DNA of 64,000 bases from Mobula hypostoma (lineage: Eukaryota). Shown piece after piece: positions 38,244-51,235 of this stretch (positions within the stretch are counted from its first letter, which is position 1; the number at the start of each line of letters is the position of its first letter). The stretch is taken from assembly GCF_963921235.1 (NCBI RefSeq), contig NC_086109.1:21082001-21146000 (forward strand). Direction: 5' to 3'. The notes beneath the pieces are model-generated. The model had not been told where the DNA came from and did not search any database. It was given only the letters and a program-made list of their open reading frames with translations. The position numbers were made by a program, and so were the translations under genes.

Positions 38244-38494
38244 ATTTGATAAGCAAGATTACTCTGGGTAGGAGGAAGTGTAATAAAGAGGTCACACGTA
38301 GTCTTATTAAATGGCAGATTAATGACTTAAGGGGGAACTTTACATATTCTGTCTCCTAATTTGTATGTACATGTATTTGTACGTGGAGCAGAGGAAGCAA
38401 AGTAGCCAATCAGAACCTCAATCAAATAAATCACGGTGGCAAAGTCCTTTAGTTCATCTACCTGTCTCGATTTTGTAACCTGTAATGCAAATGT

Positions 38495-38940
38495 CGGGAT
38501 GAGGTTGAAGGCGCTCGGCAGAGGATGGCGCTTGGGAGGCTGTATCGGAGGGCTGGTCGGAAGCTCGAAGTTTTCGGATGGATGGACTCAGTGTCGGCTA
38601 TGGTCAGCTGCTTCCAAGGCATCGGCAAGTTGACGGTGCCTGGGGGTTTATGGCAGGGAGTTTCTCCCTTTTGCCGCCTGCTATCGGGGACTCGGGAGTA
38701 GATCGACTCGGGGACTTTTGTGACCTTATTTACTTTGCCCATGGTTTGTTCTTCATCAAGTTATGGTATTGCTTTGCACTGCTGTAACTATATGTTACAA
38801 TTATGTGGTTCTGTCAGTGTTAGTCTTTGGTTTGTCCTGTTTTCTGTGATATCACTCCGGAGAAACATTGTATCATTTCTTAATGCATGTATGCCTTTCT
38901 AAATGACAATAAAAGAGAACTGAGTGTTCTCATAATCTAA
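38495..38940 (+). mobile_element. 5'-truncated relative of the 1222-1860 element
   Basis: Shared GCGCTCGGCAGAG segment and 3' ~200 bp ending CTCATAATCTAA. Confidence 0.78.
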
Positions 38941-39079
38941 AATGCCAAAGGGCTATTGAGGTAGTGAACTTTTCTTGTGGACCTGTGGTATTGCTGGCAC
39001 TGTTAGCTTCTACTTCACTTAAGAGCTGCTTTAAACTACTCAACCGTGGCTCATGTTCGGAGTGTGTTGGTGTTTGACA

Positions 39080-40028
39080 TGATTGTGTAGCCAAGTTTCC
39101 ATAGAACTCAATATATAAGTTTGCTGATGACACAACATTTGTAGGCCGTATCTCGGGTAATGATGAGTTTGAGTACTGAGAGGAAATTAAGAACCTGGTG
39201 GCATGGTGCGAAGACAATAACCTATCCCTTAACGTCAGCAAGACTAAGGAATTGGTTGTTGACTTCAGAAGAAGTAGCAGACTGCACAACCCAATTTACA
39301 TCAGTGGTGCGCAAATGGAACAGGTCAAAAGCTTTAAGTTCCTCAGGGGCAATATCACAAATGACCTGACCTGGTCCAAGCAAGCACAGTTCACTGCCAA
39401 GAAGGCCCAACGGTGCCTTTACTTCCTGAGAAAACTAAAGAAATTTGGCCTGTCCCCTAAAACCTTCACTAATTTTATAGATGCACCGTAGAAAGCATTC
39501 TTCTAGGGTGCATCACAACCTGGTATGGAAGTTGTCCTGTCCAAGACCGAAAGAAGCTGCAGAAGATTGTGAACACGGCGCAGCACATCACACAAACTAG
39601 TCTTCTGTCCGTGGACTCACTTTACGCCGCACGCTGTCGGAGTAGTGCTGCCAGGATAATCAAGGACACGACCCACCCAGCTAACACACTTTTCGTCCCT
39701 CTTCCCTCCGGGAGAAGGCTCAGGAGCTTGAAGACTCGTATGGCCAGATTTGGGAACAGCTTCTTTCCAACTGTAATAAGACTGCTGAACGGATCCCGAC
39801 CCGGATCTGGGCCGGACCCTCCAAATATCCAGACCTGCATCTCGGTTTTTTTGCACTACCTTACTTTCCATTTTTCTATTTTCTATTTATGATTTATAAT
39901 TTAAATTTTTACTATTTACTATCGATTTGTTCTCCAGGGAGCGGGAAGCGCAGAATCAAATATAGCTATGGTGATTGTACGTTCTAGTATCAATTATTTG
40001 GTGACAATAAAGTATAAAGTAAAGTATA
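39080..40028 (+). mobile_element. Rex1/Babar-type LINE 3' fragment
   Basis: KFADDT; WCEDNNLSLNVSKTKELVVDFR; KKAQRCLYFLRKLKKFG; (TAAAG)n tail. Confidence 0.9.
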
Positions 40029-41909
40029 TTTCACTGTTTGTTTCAATTTTTAGATGTACATATGACAAATAAAGCTCTCATTATCTTTATAAAAGCAGAT
40101 GGTTATAGGTGGGGAAATTGGCTTGATTGAACTTAAAAATCTAGTGAGGTTGAATCGCCTTGATGTGGTGTAGCGCCCATCCAACAAGTTTAAAAATATT
40201 GTTTGCCTGAACACAACAGGTTGACTTGTTATTACTCTGCTTGTCATTTCAGTGTGACTGTCGCCTTTTAAATCTGAATGGTTTTGTACATGCTAAGCTA
40301 AAGAACAGATAAAAGATTTTTTTTATTCATTCATCAGCTGTGCCAGTATTTATTGTCCATCCGTATTTGTCCCTTGAGCTGAGTGGCTTGCGAAGGCCAT
40401 TAAAAATTAACCACATCTGTGGATACGAAGCCACATGTAGACTAGATCAGATAAGGATGACAGATTTCTACCCCCAACAAATATTTATGGACCAGATGGG
40501 ATTTTTGATACAAGTTAGAATGATTCCAGCTGCTGATATAAGATTTTCATTACAAATTTATTAAATGATGTGACTTTAAATTCTCTGACTGGGGTTACAA
40601 ACACTTGTTTTTTGATCAAGTGTCCAGGTCTCTGGATAGTAGTCCATTAGCTTAACGCGCTGCTACCATACTCCTATTAATAAGCCATATTAAAAAAAAA
40701 TGTCAATTAGATCATCAATAATTCATGACTCCAGCCTCCTGTTCAAACTTATTTTTTCTCCCCTAACATCCTTGGCCTCCTCACTATTCCCTGAAAATCT
40801 CTTGATTTTGAACGTGTCTCTGTAAACCATTACCTCGGGCATTATTTTCTCCTTTCTTTAACTGCAGCACAATCAGCCGATCACCCCAATAAATCCCAGG
40901 ATGGTTGAATTCAGGTTACATTTCAAAGAGCAGAATAAATCTTTTTGACATCAGGTATTATGCTTTGCAGGCTTTTGTCTCATTATTTGAGTGAGTCTGT
41001 TTGTTCCTGGTACTGTGTGCACTGTGTTTTGTGTTATTATTCTCAACTGAGTTATATTTTTTGTAAAATGATCTGCAAAGAATGAGCGTATACACCCATC
41101 AGACCCATGGTGGCTCTTTCAGAGAGCTTTGCAATTAAACTTGCCATTGTTCTTTCCTCAATAGTGCTAGAAGTGTTTGTACTTATGCAACCATTTCTCT
41201 TTGGAAAGTTATTATTAAATCGGCTTCCACAGCCCTTTAAGATCAGAACAAGATACAGCATTAGAAAAAAAAGTTCTCCCTGATTCTTTTGTCAATTGTC
41301 TGAACATAATTAATTTTCTTTTTATGATTGCATAAAATCCTTGTGCTGGTTTCTAAACCAAGCTTTTGTGAATTTTGATGTTTAGAATTCATTTTATCAA
41401 AACAGAAAACCCACTTTACCCCTTTCAATTTTTGCGCTTTTATGTAGGTAATTTTGACATTTAGTGTTAAACAGGTAAGAGTGAATTGGCAGTCTGGTTT
41501 AAGTCCATCCTGTATCTTTTTTCCACACACACACCATATGTCGTATCTCAAATTACTCATATAATATTACCCAAAATATTATTTCTCGAATTTGTATTTG
41601 AATAAATCAATACTACCTCCCAGAGGAGCCCGGACCGCTCATTTGCCAGAACGTTGCTTCCGCAGTTTAATTTTAAATTCATTCCCATTTCAAGTTCAGT
41701 CTATGATCTCTAGTTCCACTGCTCTGGACAAGGTGAAACAGGTTATGGTGGTCAGCATATTATCTAGTCACTTTGAAGTCTCAAGAGCACCAACCAGATT
41801 GGAACTCAACCTTTTATTTTCCAATGAGAACCTGCACAATTTACATAATGGTTTGCAATAATCCAATCTCTTTCCACTCTCCTTTCAAATAAGTGCAGAT
41901 TTTCTTCAG

Positions 41910-41961
41910 ATGTAACCCAGCGGCCAAAGCTACACTCAGCCAGAAGACGGGGATTAAGGAG
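41910..41961 (+). CDS. Candidate 52-nt exon (DVTQRPKLHSARRRGLR)
   Basis: Acceptor ATTTTCTTCAG|, donor GAG|GTAAGC; phase 1-2, open. Confidence 0.5.
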
Positions 41962-42309
41962 GTAAGCAATTTGATAGACTAAGGACCAGGAACTGGCAGG
42001 TTAGACTGTAAAATGGTGAATGTTAGTTCTGACTGAGTGAGTGTTTATATAAGAATTTATATAGAATGCTGTGTTTGGAGCTTGATTGTGACTTTTCTTC
42101 AGTTTCATGGCATGTTTTGAGTGATGGAAAGATATTAGTGGCATTTTGTCCAGGATATTACTAGTTTAAATAGCTGAAACTCTCACCATCAGAGAAACAA
42201 AGAAGTTCAATGATTATGATGGAATACAAGCAGAAAGAAGCTGGAGATGAGTGTACCAAAGCTGCGGGAGTGTTTCCATGAGAGAAAAATTGTTGAAGAA
42301 TTATTGTTT

Positions 42310-43050
42310 CTAGGAGAATTATTTGCCATCAGAGAATGATTGTGTACCAAAGAAAGATTGTTCATGAGGCATGGACTGTCAGGGAACAATTTATTCTGAC
42401 TTCCAGGCAGCCATGATATTGAAGACAACAGTTGCCTACCCAAGATTATCTATCAAAGAATAACTGCCATTAGGGAATGACTATCCACCAGGGAATGGTT
42501 GCCCATTAGAGACTGAATGATGGTCAAAAGCTAATGTAGAATGAGTTAGAATTATAGAACAGTATCTATTAATGAGCACTGGTCTACTATAGATTGATTT
42601 ACTTCCAGAAAACAGTTAGCAAATCGCACTGCAGTACACCAATGGAGAACGGATGACTCAGAATACCTTCTTGGAGAATGATTTGCTATTTTAGATTGAC
42701 TGTTTATCAGAAAGCAATTGTCTATTAGAAATTACACATCTGAGTTTGATTTACTATCTGAACTGTTGACTATTAGAGGTCAATTTTTCGTCAGGGGTCG
42801 ATGTCTAAAAGAGATGGATTAACTAACAGAAAAGGTATGTCATCAGAGAAAGATTGTTTAACGGAAATTGTCTAATCCAGATCAGATGAATGCTTAAAAT
42901 TGTGTACCAGGGGACGACTGAGTGTTAGAAATTGTCTGTTGGAGAGCAGTTGTCTTTTACAGTGCGATTTACAATCAGATGATTGTCCAACAGAGAACAA
43001 TTCCCTATCAGCAAATGACTTACTGTCAAAGACGCATTGTCTACCTCTGT
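42310..43050. repeat. Degenerate ~18-bp minisatellite (approx. GAGAATGATTGTCTATCA)
   Basis: Adjacent units such as GAGAATTATTTGCCATCA GAGAATGATTGTGTACCA and GGGAATGACTATCCACCA GGGAATGGTTGCCCATTA. Confidence 0.7.
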
Positions 43051-44784
43051 AAAAGTGCTCTACCAGGTAACAGAACATGTTCGTGCACCTAGCCATACTA
43101 AACACACGAATACCAAAACCAGTGATCGGTGCAGTCAATCTTCTGAAAACAGAAGAAGGAATAGATTTCAGGATGATTTTGCTAACTAGAATTTCTTAAT
43201 TACGAGTTTTCTAAAGTGATGATTTTTAATACGGTATATAAGTCAGTGAATAAAAGGGTGTCTTTTGGAAATTGTCATGCAGTCGATGGAGATAGGTAGT
43301 AAATTTTCTTCACTTGGTATTCCTTTGGCAAGGCCTGTAAGTTATATTTTTGTGGAGTGTGTGCTTTGCAGGCTCTTGTCTTACTACCTGAATGAGTCTA
43401 TTTGTTCCTGCTACTGTGTGTATTTGTTCTATGTTATTTTCCTCAACTGAATTATATTTTTTTTTACAAAATAATCTGCAAAGAAAGAGAACATTCTCCC
43501 ATTATACCTATGGAGGCTCTTTGAGAGAGCTGTCCAATTAAACTCTCCATTGTATTTTCCCCAATGGTGCTGGAAATATTCGTAGTTGTACAAACATTTC
43601 TTTTCCAAATGTTAGTAAATCTGCTATCACTGCTCTTTCAGGGAGTGCATCTCAGATGAGAACAAGACACAGCATTAAGGAAAGTTCTCTCTTGATTCTT
43701 TCATTAAATGCTTGAACATAATTATTTTTCATTGTATGATTGCACAAAATCCTTGTGGTCGAGCTGACAGAAACAATTCAGCAGCAATTATGTCGGTGTA
43801 CCAACTGGAAATCCAACAGAATGCTTGCCAGTTAAGCAATTTACCAAAGATGCAATTACTAATCCCAACTTCATAGCTGCAATTGCATTTGAAGGAAATG
43901 ATCATTTGCAAGAAATAGTTAAATCTGCCCCAGAAAGTTCTTAAAGTGGAAGATTTCCCAGAAGTTCTACTTTAACAGTCTCCCATATGCAACGTGAACA
44001 AAGACATACTGTACAGAGTAACTCATCCAACCATTAGTATTTGAAAAAGCTATCCCAATTATTCCCTGTTTTCCCCATAGTCCTTACATTTTCCCCTTTC
44101 AAATATTTTTTTCCCCTCTATCTTCTCAGACAATCTTAAAATCATAGGTTGATGATGGATGCAGGAGGTAATTATCTGGTCCATTCTGTCCCTGCTGGAA
44201 GTGGAACTTGTCAGACAGATGACACGTCTCAGCTCTTGATGCCTTACTGGAAATTAATTATCACCCAGGTATATTTTAAAGTGACGAAAGCTTTTGCTTC
44301 CACCACCCTCTTCAGGCAAAGCTCCAGACCAGCACTAGTTTATTGTAGAAGATATTTTCCCGCTATTCTAAACAACCTATCTATCAACCTGTGACCTCCT
44401 TATTATTAACTTCCCTGGATAGAGAAATAACCCTTGCCTGTTGACTGTATCTAGGTCTCTCTGAATGTTACTTTTGATTCTGATACCGTCACATTTCCAT
44501 GTAGAACATTCCCAATCGAATAACAGATCCTTCTTCTCTCTGGCTGTTTTGGCAATTCCATCAAACAGAGTTGTGGATGAAAAAAAAGGCTAGGTATCAC
44601 TGCAAAAGTATGTTGGTAACTTTCCAGTAGCTATGGAATGAATGCATGAAGGGAATAAATGAAACCAATGGGAAAGGCAGGAGAGGAGCAAAAAGTTGGC
44701 ACAAGCAGAATGGACCATACGGCGTCCTTCGTTTATATATTTCAGTGCTTTTATAATTTTCTGAAATTCATGGTTCAGCCTTTC

Positions 44785-46960
44785 AAAGTTCAAAGTAATT
44801 TTATTATCAAAGTACGTATATGTCACCATACACAACCCTGAGATTCATTTTCTTGCAGGCATACTCAATAAATCCAATAACCATAATAGAATCAATGGAG
44901 GACTGTACCAACAGGGCAGACAATCGGTGTGCAAAGGGCAATAAACTGCAAATACAAAAAGAAAGAAAGAGAAAAATATAATAAGTGTGCAATAAATTTT
45001 GAGAACATGAGATGAAAAGCCCTTGAAAGTGAGTCTATGGTTTGTGGGAACAGTTCAGTGATGGGGCGTGAAGTTGAGTGAAGTTAACCCTCTGATTCAA
45101 GAGCCTGATGGTTGAAGGGTAATAACTCTTCCTAAACCTGGTCGTGTGAGACCTAAAGCTTCTGATGGTAGCAGCAAGAAGTGAACATGACCTGGGTGGT
45201 GGGAGTCTCTGATGATGGACGCTACTTTCCTGTGACAACGCTTCGCGTAGATGTGCTCAATGGTGGGGAGCACTGTACTTGTGATGGACTGGGTCATATC
45301 CACTACTTAGTGAAGAACTTTCTGTCCAAGGGGATTGGTGTTCCCATACCAGGCAGTGATGCAGTCAGTCAATGTACTCTCCACCACACATCTATTGAAG
45401 TTTGTCAAAGTTTTAGACGTCATGCCGAGATTTAGCAAACTTATAAGGAAGTAGAGGTACTGCCACGCTTTCTTCGTAATTGGACTTGTGTGTTGGGCCT
45501 GGGACAAGTCCTCTGAAACGTTAACACTGAGGAATAAGCTCTTCTTCGGCATCTGGCTGGATATGGGTATCAATTTTAACCAACATTTTGATGGCAAACT
45601 CTGTCATCTTCATCAGGGACGATGCCTGGGCATGTCTAGACTGGTGGTATTTATACCCCCGTCGTCCATCCCTCCTGATTGGTTAGTCCTCATCCAATCA
45701 GGTTTTCGCTGTCCCACCTTATTTACAATTGAATTGCTGCTCTTTCCTAGAGCGAGACCTTTGTCTTCAATAAAATTCTTTTTCTCTATAGTTTAATTTC
45801 AATGGGTTCCTTCACCAGGTGCTCCCAAAAGCCATTGGCTTTTTGTGTAGTTTTGTGTAGTCAAAGTCAATCATATGACCATTGTAAATGAAATGTTCTG
45901 CTCCCCCTGGGTAATCCAAACGGATACACCTCCTGTGCTCCCTGATGCGGGTTTCCACCAATCGTCCCATCTGGCTGATGTGTGCCGCTCTGCATTCACA
46001 GGGAATCCTGTATACACCAGCCATTCAGAGTCCCAGGCCATCATTGACTCGCATAAGCTGTGATTTGAACTTCCTTACGAATCTGTGGATGGTATTAATC
46101 GGGTATTTTAACAGGATCCTGGCGTTCCTTCCAGAAACTGGAAATATAGGGAAGGTAGGCGGTAGCGAGGGGTTCCTTCTCGTTGTTAGGTTTCCTGGTT
46201 TTTTCCGTCTTCCTTATGTTTCCACGGTGGAATCCTGCATCTGGGAGCACCGGAGGTGTATCCGAATGGGTTACTCGGGGGAACCGGCGGTAACAGAACG
46301 TTGCATTCACAATGGCTGTAGGATTGACTTTGGCCCAAAACTACTGAGCCGAGCTGATTGGTTTTGGGACTGCTTGGTGAAGGAAACCATTGAAAAAAAC
46401 TAGGGGAAAATAATTTCAACAAAGACAAAGGTCTTGCTTTAAGTAAAAACTGGGATTCGATTGTAAACAAAGTAAGGGAGTGGAATCCTGATTCAATGAG
46501 GACTAACCAATCAGGAGGGATGGACGATGGGGTATAAATACCATTGGACTAAGACATGCCCAGGCATCATCCCTGAAGAAGATGTCAGAGATTGTTATTG
46601 AAATATTGGTTAAAATCAATACCTGTGTCCAGCTGGAAGTCAAGAAGAGTTTATTTGTTATATATGCCAGGACAACACTAGATCAGGTTTCATTACATTG
46701 AGGAATTTAAAGTTGCCGACCCTCACCACCTCTGATTCCCCTAATGAGGACTGGTCCATAGGCCTCTGCTTTCCTCCTCCTGAAGTCAATAACCAGCTCC
46801 ATGGTCTTGCTGATATTGAGTATTATTATGGCACCACTCCGCCAGATTTTCAATCTCCCTCCTTTGTGCTGACTTGTTAGCACCTTTGATTTGGCCTGTG
46901 GCAGTGGTGTTGTCAGCATTGGAGCCACAGAGTCGTAAGTGTAAATTGAGGCAGCGATAC
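44785..46960 (-). mobile_element. Rex1/Babar-type LINE fragment split by Penelope
   Basis: ORFs 45307-45597 (KTLTNFNRCVVESTLTDCITAWYGN) and 46707-46928 (LNISKTMELVIDFRR). Confidence 0.85.
45537..46690. mobile_element. Penelope-like element as two inverted 3' halves, each with a pseudo-LTR and hammerhead remnant
   Basis: GIY-YIG peptide GVYRIPCECRAAHISQMGR..TRIREH; inverted arms about 45537-45960 and 46220-46650; TSD-like ACA(C/T)TGAGGAAT near 45524 and 46695. Confidence 0.88.
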
Positions 46961-47549
46961 GGTGTCAAAACTCTGCTCCAGATATTAGGTGTTCAAATGA
47001 AGTTATCGCACAGCTGAGATTGCTAAATACTCGTTGCTCCTTTCCTAGTCAAAATAAAACGGTCTTTTTTTTAGTGTGCGAAGACCAACAAGCTAACATT
47101 GGAACAGTTGTACCTGCATAACTAGGTAAAGCTAATGGGGTACGAGTTACTCACAATGTTTGAGTGGACAGATTGGCAAGTTAGCAAATAGATATGTGGA
47201 GGTTCGAAATCCTGCCCATTAGTTCCAGGTCCACGACACATTTTCTTCAACCTCAACCATGGTTAATTCATTCCAAGGCAAGTCACCACCAACCGACAAA
47301 AAGCACTGATGAGATAAAAAGGATGCAAACTGGAGAATGGTGTAGAACAATCTTTCCTTTGTATCTAACCTAGGTTCTACTTGCCCTGAGGGGGTTTGTT
47401 GAGATGAAGTTGATGGAGTTTATTCCTCATTTAATCTAGGCCATATCTCTTTTGGAAATGTTTGCAGCAGTGATGAAGATAGAGCTTTATATAGTATCAA
47501 TGTTTCAAAGTTTGCTTGCTTCAGAAGGGTTTGATAGGTGAGTATATAA

Positions 47550-47895
47550 GGTCAGGTGGAGGGGTGGAGATACATCTCTACCAAAGGAGATGTAAGGCGC
47601 TCCTTCCCTCCACTAGCCTGCAGGTCACCCTTGGGCAAGGTGTAGCAGCTGCTGAGCCCCCGATCAGGGTCACATGAATGGTGGATGGTCGTATGAGATG
47701 AGCAGCTGGTGCATATCACAGGTCCTGTTCACTGACGCCAGGTAGGCAATCTGTGAAGAGTATTGATAATGGCTGGGGTCATCCTTGTGAAGTCACTGCC
47801 CAGAAGAAGGCAATGGCAAACCGCTTCTGTCGAAAAATTTGGCAAGAACTATCAGACCATGATTGCTGTCACATGATATGGCACATTATGAAGAC
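47550..47895 (+). mobile_element. Short RTE-derived non-autonomous element
   Basis: GCAGGTCACCC and GAAGAAGGCAATGGCAAACC RTE 5' motifs; inverted sister copy at 4035-4335. Confidence 0.75.
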
Positions 47896-48472
47896 GATAG
47901 GTACATAAGGAACTTCAATTTATATCCAACTTTGGTGTACATGCCTTGGAAGGAGGGTTGCTCTGCATCTAACCGCACGGCACTCACCCATCTATGTTGA
48001 AGTGCAGTGTGGAAGAAGAATTAATCTGAACCTAACCTGAGAGTAAAAGAATATAAATGGATTTTTACTCTATATTTAACCTGTGCCATTCTGACACAGG
48101 AGTATCCGACACTTATCGATGAAGTCGGGTATTAATAACACTATCAATTTGGTGTTATATTGGTATCTCACAGCACTATTTATCCACTGTTTAGACAAGT
48201 ATAAAAGACCTTGCAGCTCTATTCAAAAAAGACGAGGGTGTTTCAGTTTGCTTCGATCAACATTACAATGAAATGTGGGGCATTCATTTAATCCCTCTCC
48301 ACGAGGCTTCTGTGGCTTTGCCTTCAGCAATAACTATAATGCTCCAAATATTTTTGTTGAGTCACAGATGTTTTTGTAAGAAGAAAGTGTTTCATCCTTT
48401 CTGTCTGCACCGGACTCCCACCACTCCATTCTGGGTGCTAATTGTTAATTTTTCCTGATAATCCCTGTCCAG

Positions 48473-48587
48473 GACTGTATTCCTTGGGTTGCAGAAGACA
48501 GCGGGGTTTCTTTTATATGGTGTAATATACCGAAGTGCTTTGGAAATGTTGTGGCCGTCGAAAAATATCACGAGCATTCAGAGGCAG
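48473..48587 (+). CDS. Candidate 115-nt exon (RTVFLGLQKTAGFLLYGVIYRSALEMLWPSKNITSIQRQ)
   Basis: Acceptor TCCCTGTCCAG|, donor CAG|GTTTGT; phase 2-0, open (a second frame is also open). Confidence 0.4.
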
Positions 48588-48677
48588 GTTTGTCATTCAA
48601 GGAAGGTGAACTACAGAATCTGAGAGGCTTGCAATGCTCGAGCGATGATTAAGCTTTACAGAATAGGTGTAGGAAGA

Positions 48678-50510
48678 ATTGAATTGAATTGACTCTATTT
48701 CTTACATCCTCCACATACATGAGGAGTAAAAATCTTTACGTTACGTCTCCGTCTGAATGTGCAATGTGCAAATTATAGTCATTTGTAACAAGTAGTCAAT
48801 ATAGTTTAAAAATACAATTGTGTCAGCATGAACTAATCAGTCTGATGGCCTGGTGGAAGAAGCTGTTCCAGAGCCTGTTGGTCCTGGCTTTTATGCTGTG
48901 GAACCATTTCCCGATGGTAGCAGCCGGAACAGTTTATGGTTGGGGTGAGTCGGGTCTCCAGTGATCCTCCAATGATCCTTCGGGCCCTTTTTACGCATCT
49001 GTCACTCTAAATGACCTGAATAGTGGGAAGTTCACATCTACAGATGCGCTGGGCTGTCCGCACCACTCTCTGCAGAGTCCTGCGATTGAGGGAAGTACAG
49101 TTCCCATACCAGACAGTGATGCAGCCAGTCAGGATGCTCTCAGTTGAGTCCCCGTAGAAAGTCCTTAGGACTTGGGGACTCATGCTGAACATTTTCAACC
49201 ATCTGAGGTGAAAGAGGCGCTGTTGTGGTTTTTTTTCACCACACAGCCGTTATGTACAGGCCAAGTGAGGTGCTCAGTGATGTGAATACCAAGGAGTTAC
49301 AGCTGTTTACCCTCTCTACCCCAGATCCCTTGATGTCAATAGGGGCTAGCCTGTCTCTGTTCCTCCTGTAGTTAACAAGCAGCTCCTTTGTTTTTGCGAC
49401 ATTGAGGGAGAGGTTGTTTTCTTTCTTGACACCACAATGTGTAGGTTGTCTCGATATTATTTGAAATAAGGCCAATCAATGTAGTATCATCTGAAAATTT
49501 AATTAGACAGGAGCTGTTGGTGGCGACACAGACATGGGTGCACAGAGAGTAAAGGAGGGAGCTTAGGACCCTCGGGGGGGGGGCTCCTGTGTTGAGGGTG
49601 AGAGGTTTTTGTCAAGCCTGGAGGGAATTATGGTGTTGAATCCAAGAACGGCATTTTCACATAAGCAACCCTCTTCTCTAGGTGTGTAAGGGCGGAGTGT
49701 AGAGCTGTGGCTATCGCGTCATCTGTCGATCGGTTGTGTCGGTAGGTGAATTGTAAGGGATCCAGTGTGGGTGGTAGCGTGCTGCAGATATAGTCCTTGA
49801 CCAGCCTCTCAAAGCTTTTGCTTATTATTGAGGTGAGTGTGACGGGACGCCAGTCATTCAGACATGGTACCTTGGTCTTTCTGGGTACAGGAACAATAGT
49901 GGATGTTTTCAAGCAGGAAGGCACTTGGAGAGGGAGAGATTAAAAATGTCTGCAAACACACCAGCCGGTTGTGCAGTGCACACTCTGAGTACCCTCCCTG
50001 AGATGCCATCCAGTCCCGCAGCCACTCATTGGAAACACCTGCGTACTTCAATCTCGGAGATGACTGAGGTGCAGGTTGCATCGATGGCTCTCCTCTGAGG
50101 CTCAGTGTTGGCGATATTGAACCGAGCGTAAAAGAAAGATTTAGCTCATCTGGGAGAGAGGCAGCGATGTTGGCAGCACCATTCCGTTTAGCTTTGAAGT
50201 CCGCGATGGTGTGCAGACCTTGCCACAAGCTCTACGTGTTGTTGGTGGAGAGTTGTGTCCGGATCTTGTCCCTGTATAGTCGTTTCACTGATCGTCGCCG
50301 CATTTCTTGAGCTCCTGTTGGTTACTGGTGGCGAAAGCTCTGTCTCACGCGTTAAGTGCAGCGCGCACGGAACTGTTGATCCGGGGTTTCTGGTTTGGAT
50401 AGACCCTGACTGATTTTGGGGGACAACGTCCTCGATACACTTTTGTATGAAGCTCGCCACCCCTTCTGTGAACTCAGAGACATCCTCATCATGAAAGGCA
50501 TTCCAGTTGA
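48678..50510 (-). mobile_element. Rex1/Babar-type LINE, ~1.8 kb decayed
   Basis: [54 protein letters not shown]; (AATTG)n tail. Confidence 0.92.
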
Positions 50511-51235
50511 CGTCACCAAAGAAGGCAATAAAGCAGGAACAATAGTCAAAGTAATTCTTGTTTTAGACCAGTGGATGCAAAATCATCATTTTCCAAGAGT
50601 ATAGAGGTGTCATGTTGTGACAGAATACTTCATGGAGTTTAACTATATTAGGAAGGATGAAAATAATCACCATTAGGCACATTAACATTGTACATTTGGG
50701 ATCAGTTTTCCATGAGTGAGAGCAGGATTCTCAAGTGAATGTCTAGCCATACTCCGTAGTAAAAGAAATTCGGTTTTGCACCATTCAGTACGATGTGCTC
50801 TGTTTATGAAACATACTAATTCATTTCCACCAGAGGTCCTGCAGATGCCGGAAATCCAGAGCAACAAACACAAACACTGAATGAACTCAGCATCTACGCA
50901 GAGGGATAAACAGTGCCGCACCATTGGGTTTGAAGCACCCTGCACTTCCTGTAACAAAGCAAATTAAATGTTCTGGGTATAAAACCCTGCTGAGGTCTGA
51001 AAGATTTTACGAAAGAACATTCTGCAGCATCTGTTAGACATCAGGGAGCCCTAACCACTGCAGGCAAATGAGTTGATATATTTATGTATCAGTACGGCCA
51101 TCAGTAATGTGCATAAACAAACATAATGACTTAACTTATTTCTTCACATCAAGTAGTTTCTTTCCCCTCTCTCACTCTTGAGGAGCTTTTGGCTCCAGTC
51201 TGATTAATCTGTAAATCCGCCTTTAGAGCTTAATA

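Larger units (their letters stand above)
40961..43757 (+). repeat. Diverged ~390-bp direct repeat pair (40961-41345 and 43362-43757)
   Basis: Collinear from TGCTTTGCAGGCT to AAAATCCTTGTG in both copies. Confidence 0.85.

Noticed and set aside
42310..43050. CRISPR-like array
   Set aside because: Vertebrate context; degenerate tandem units with no constant repeat and unique spacer structure
48473..48587. Assignment to TMC or K2P channel families from short look-alike words (CIPW, SALE)
   Set aside because: The motifs fall in different frames and the diagnostic neighbouring residues are missing
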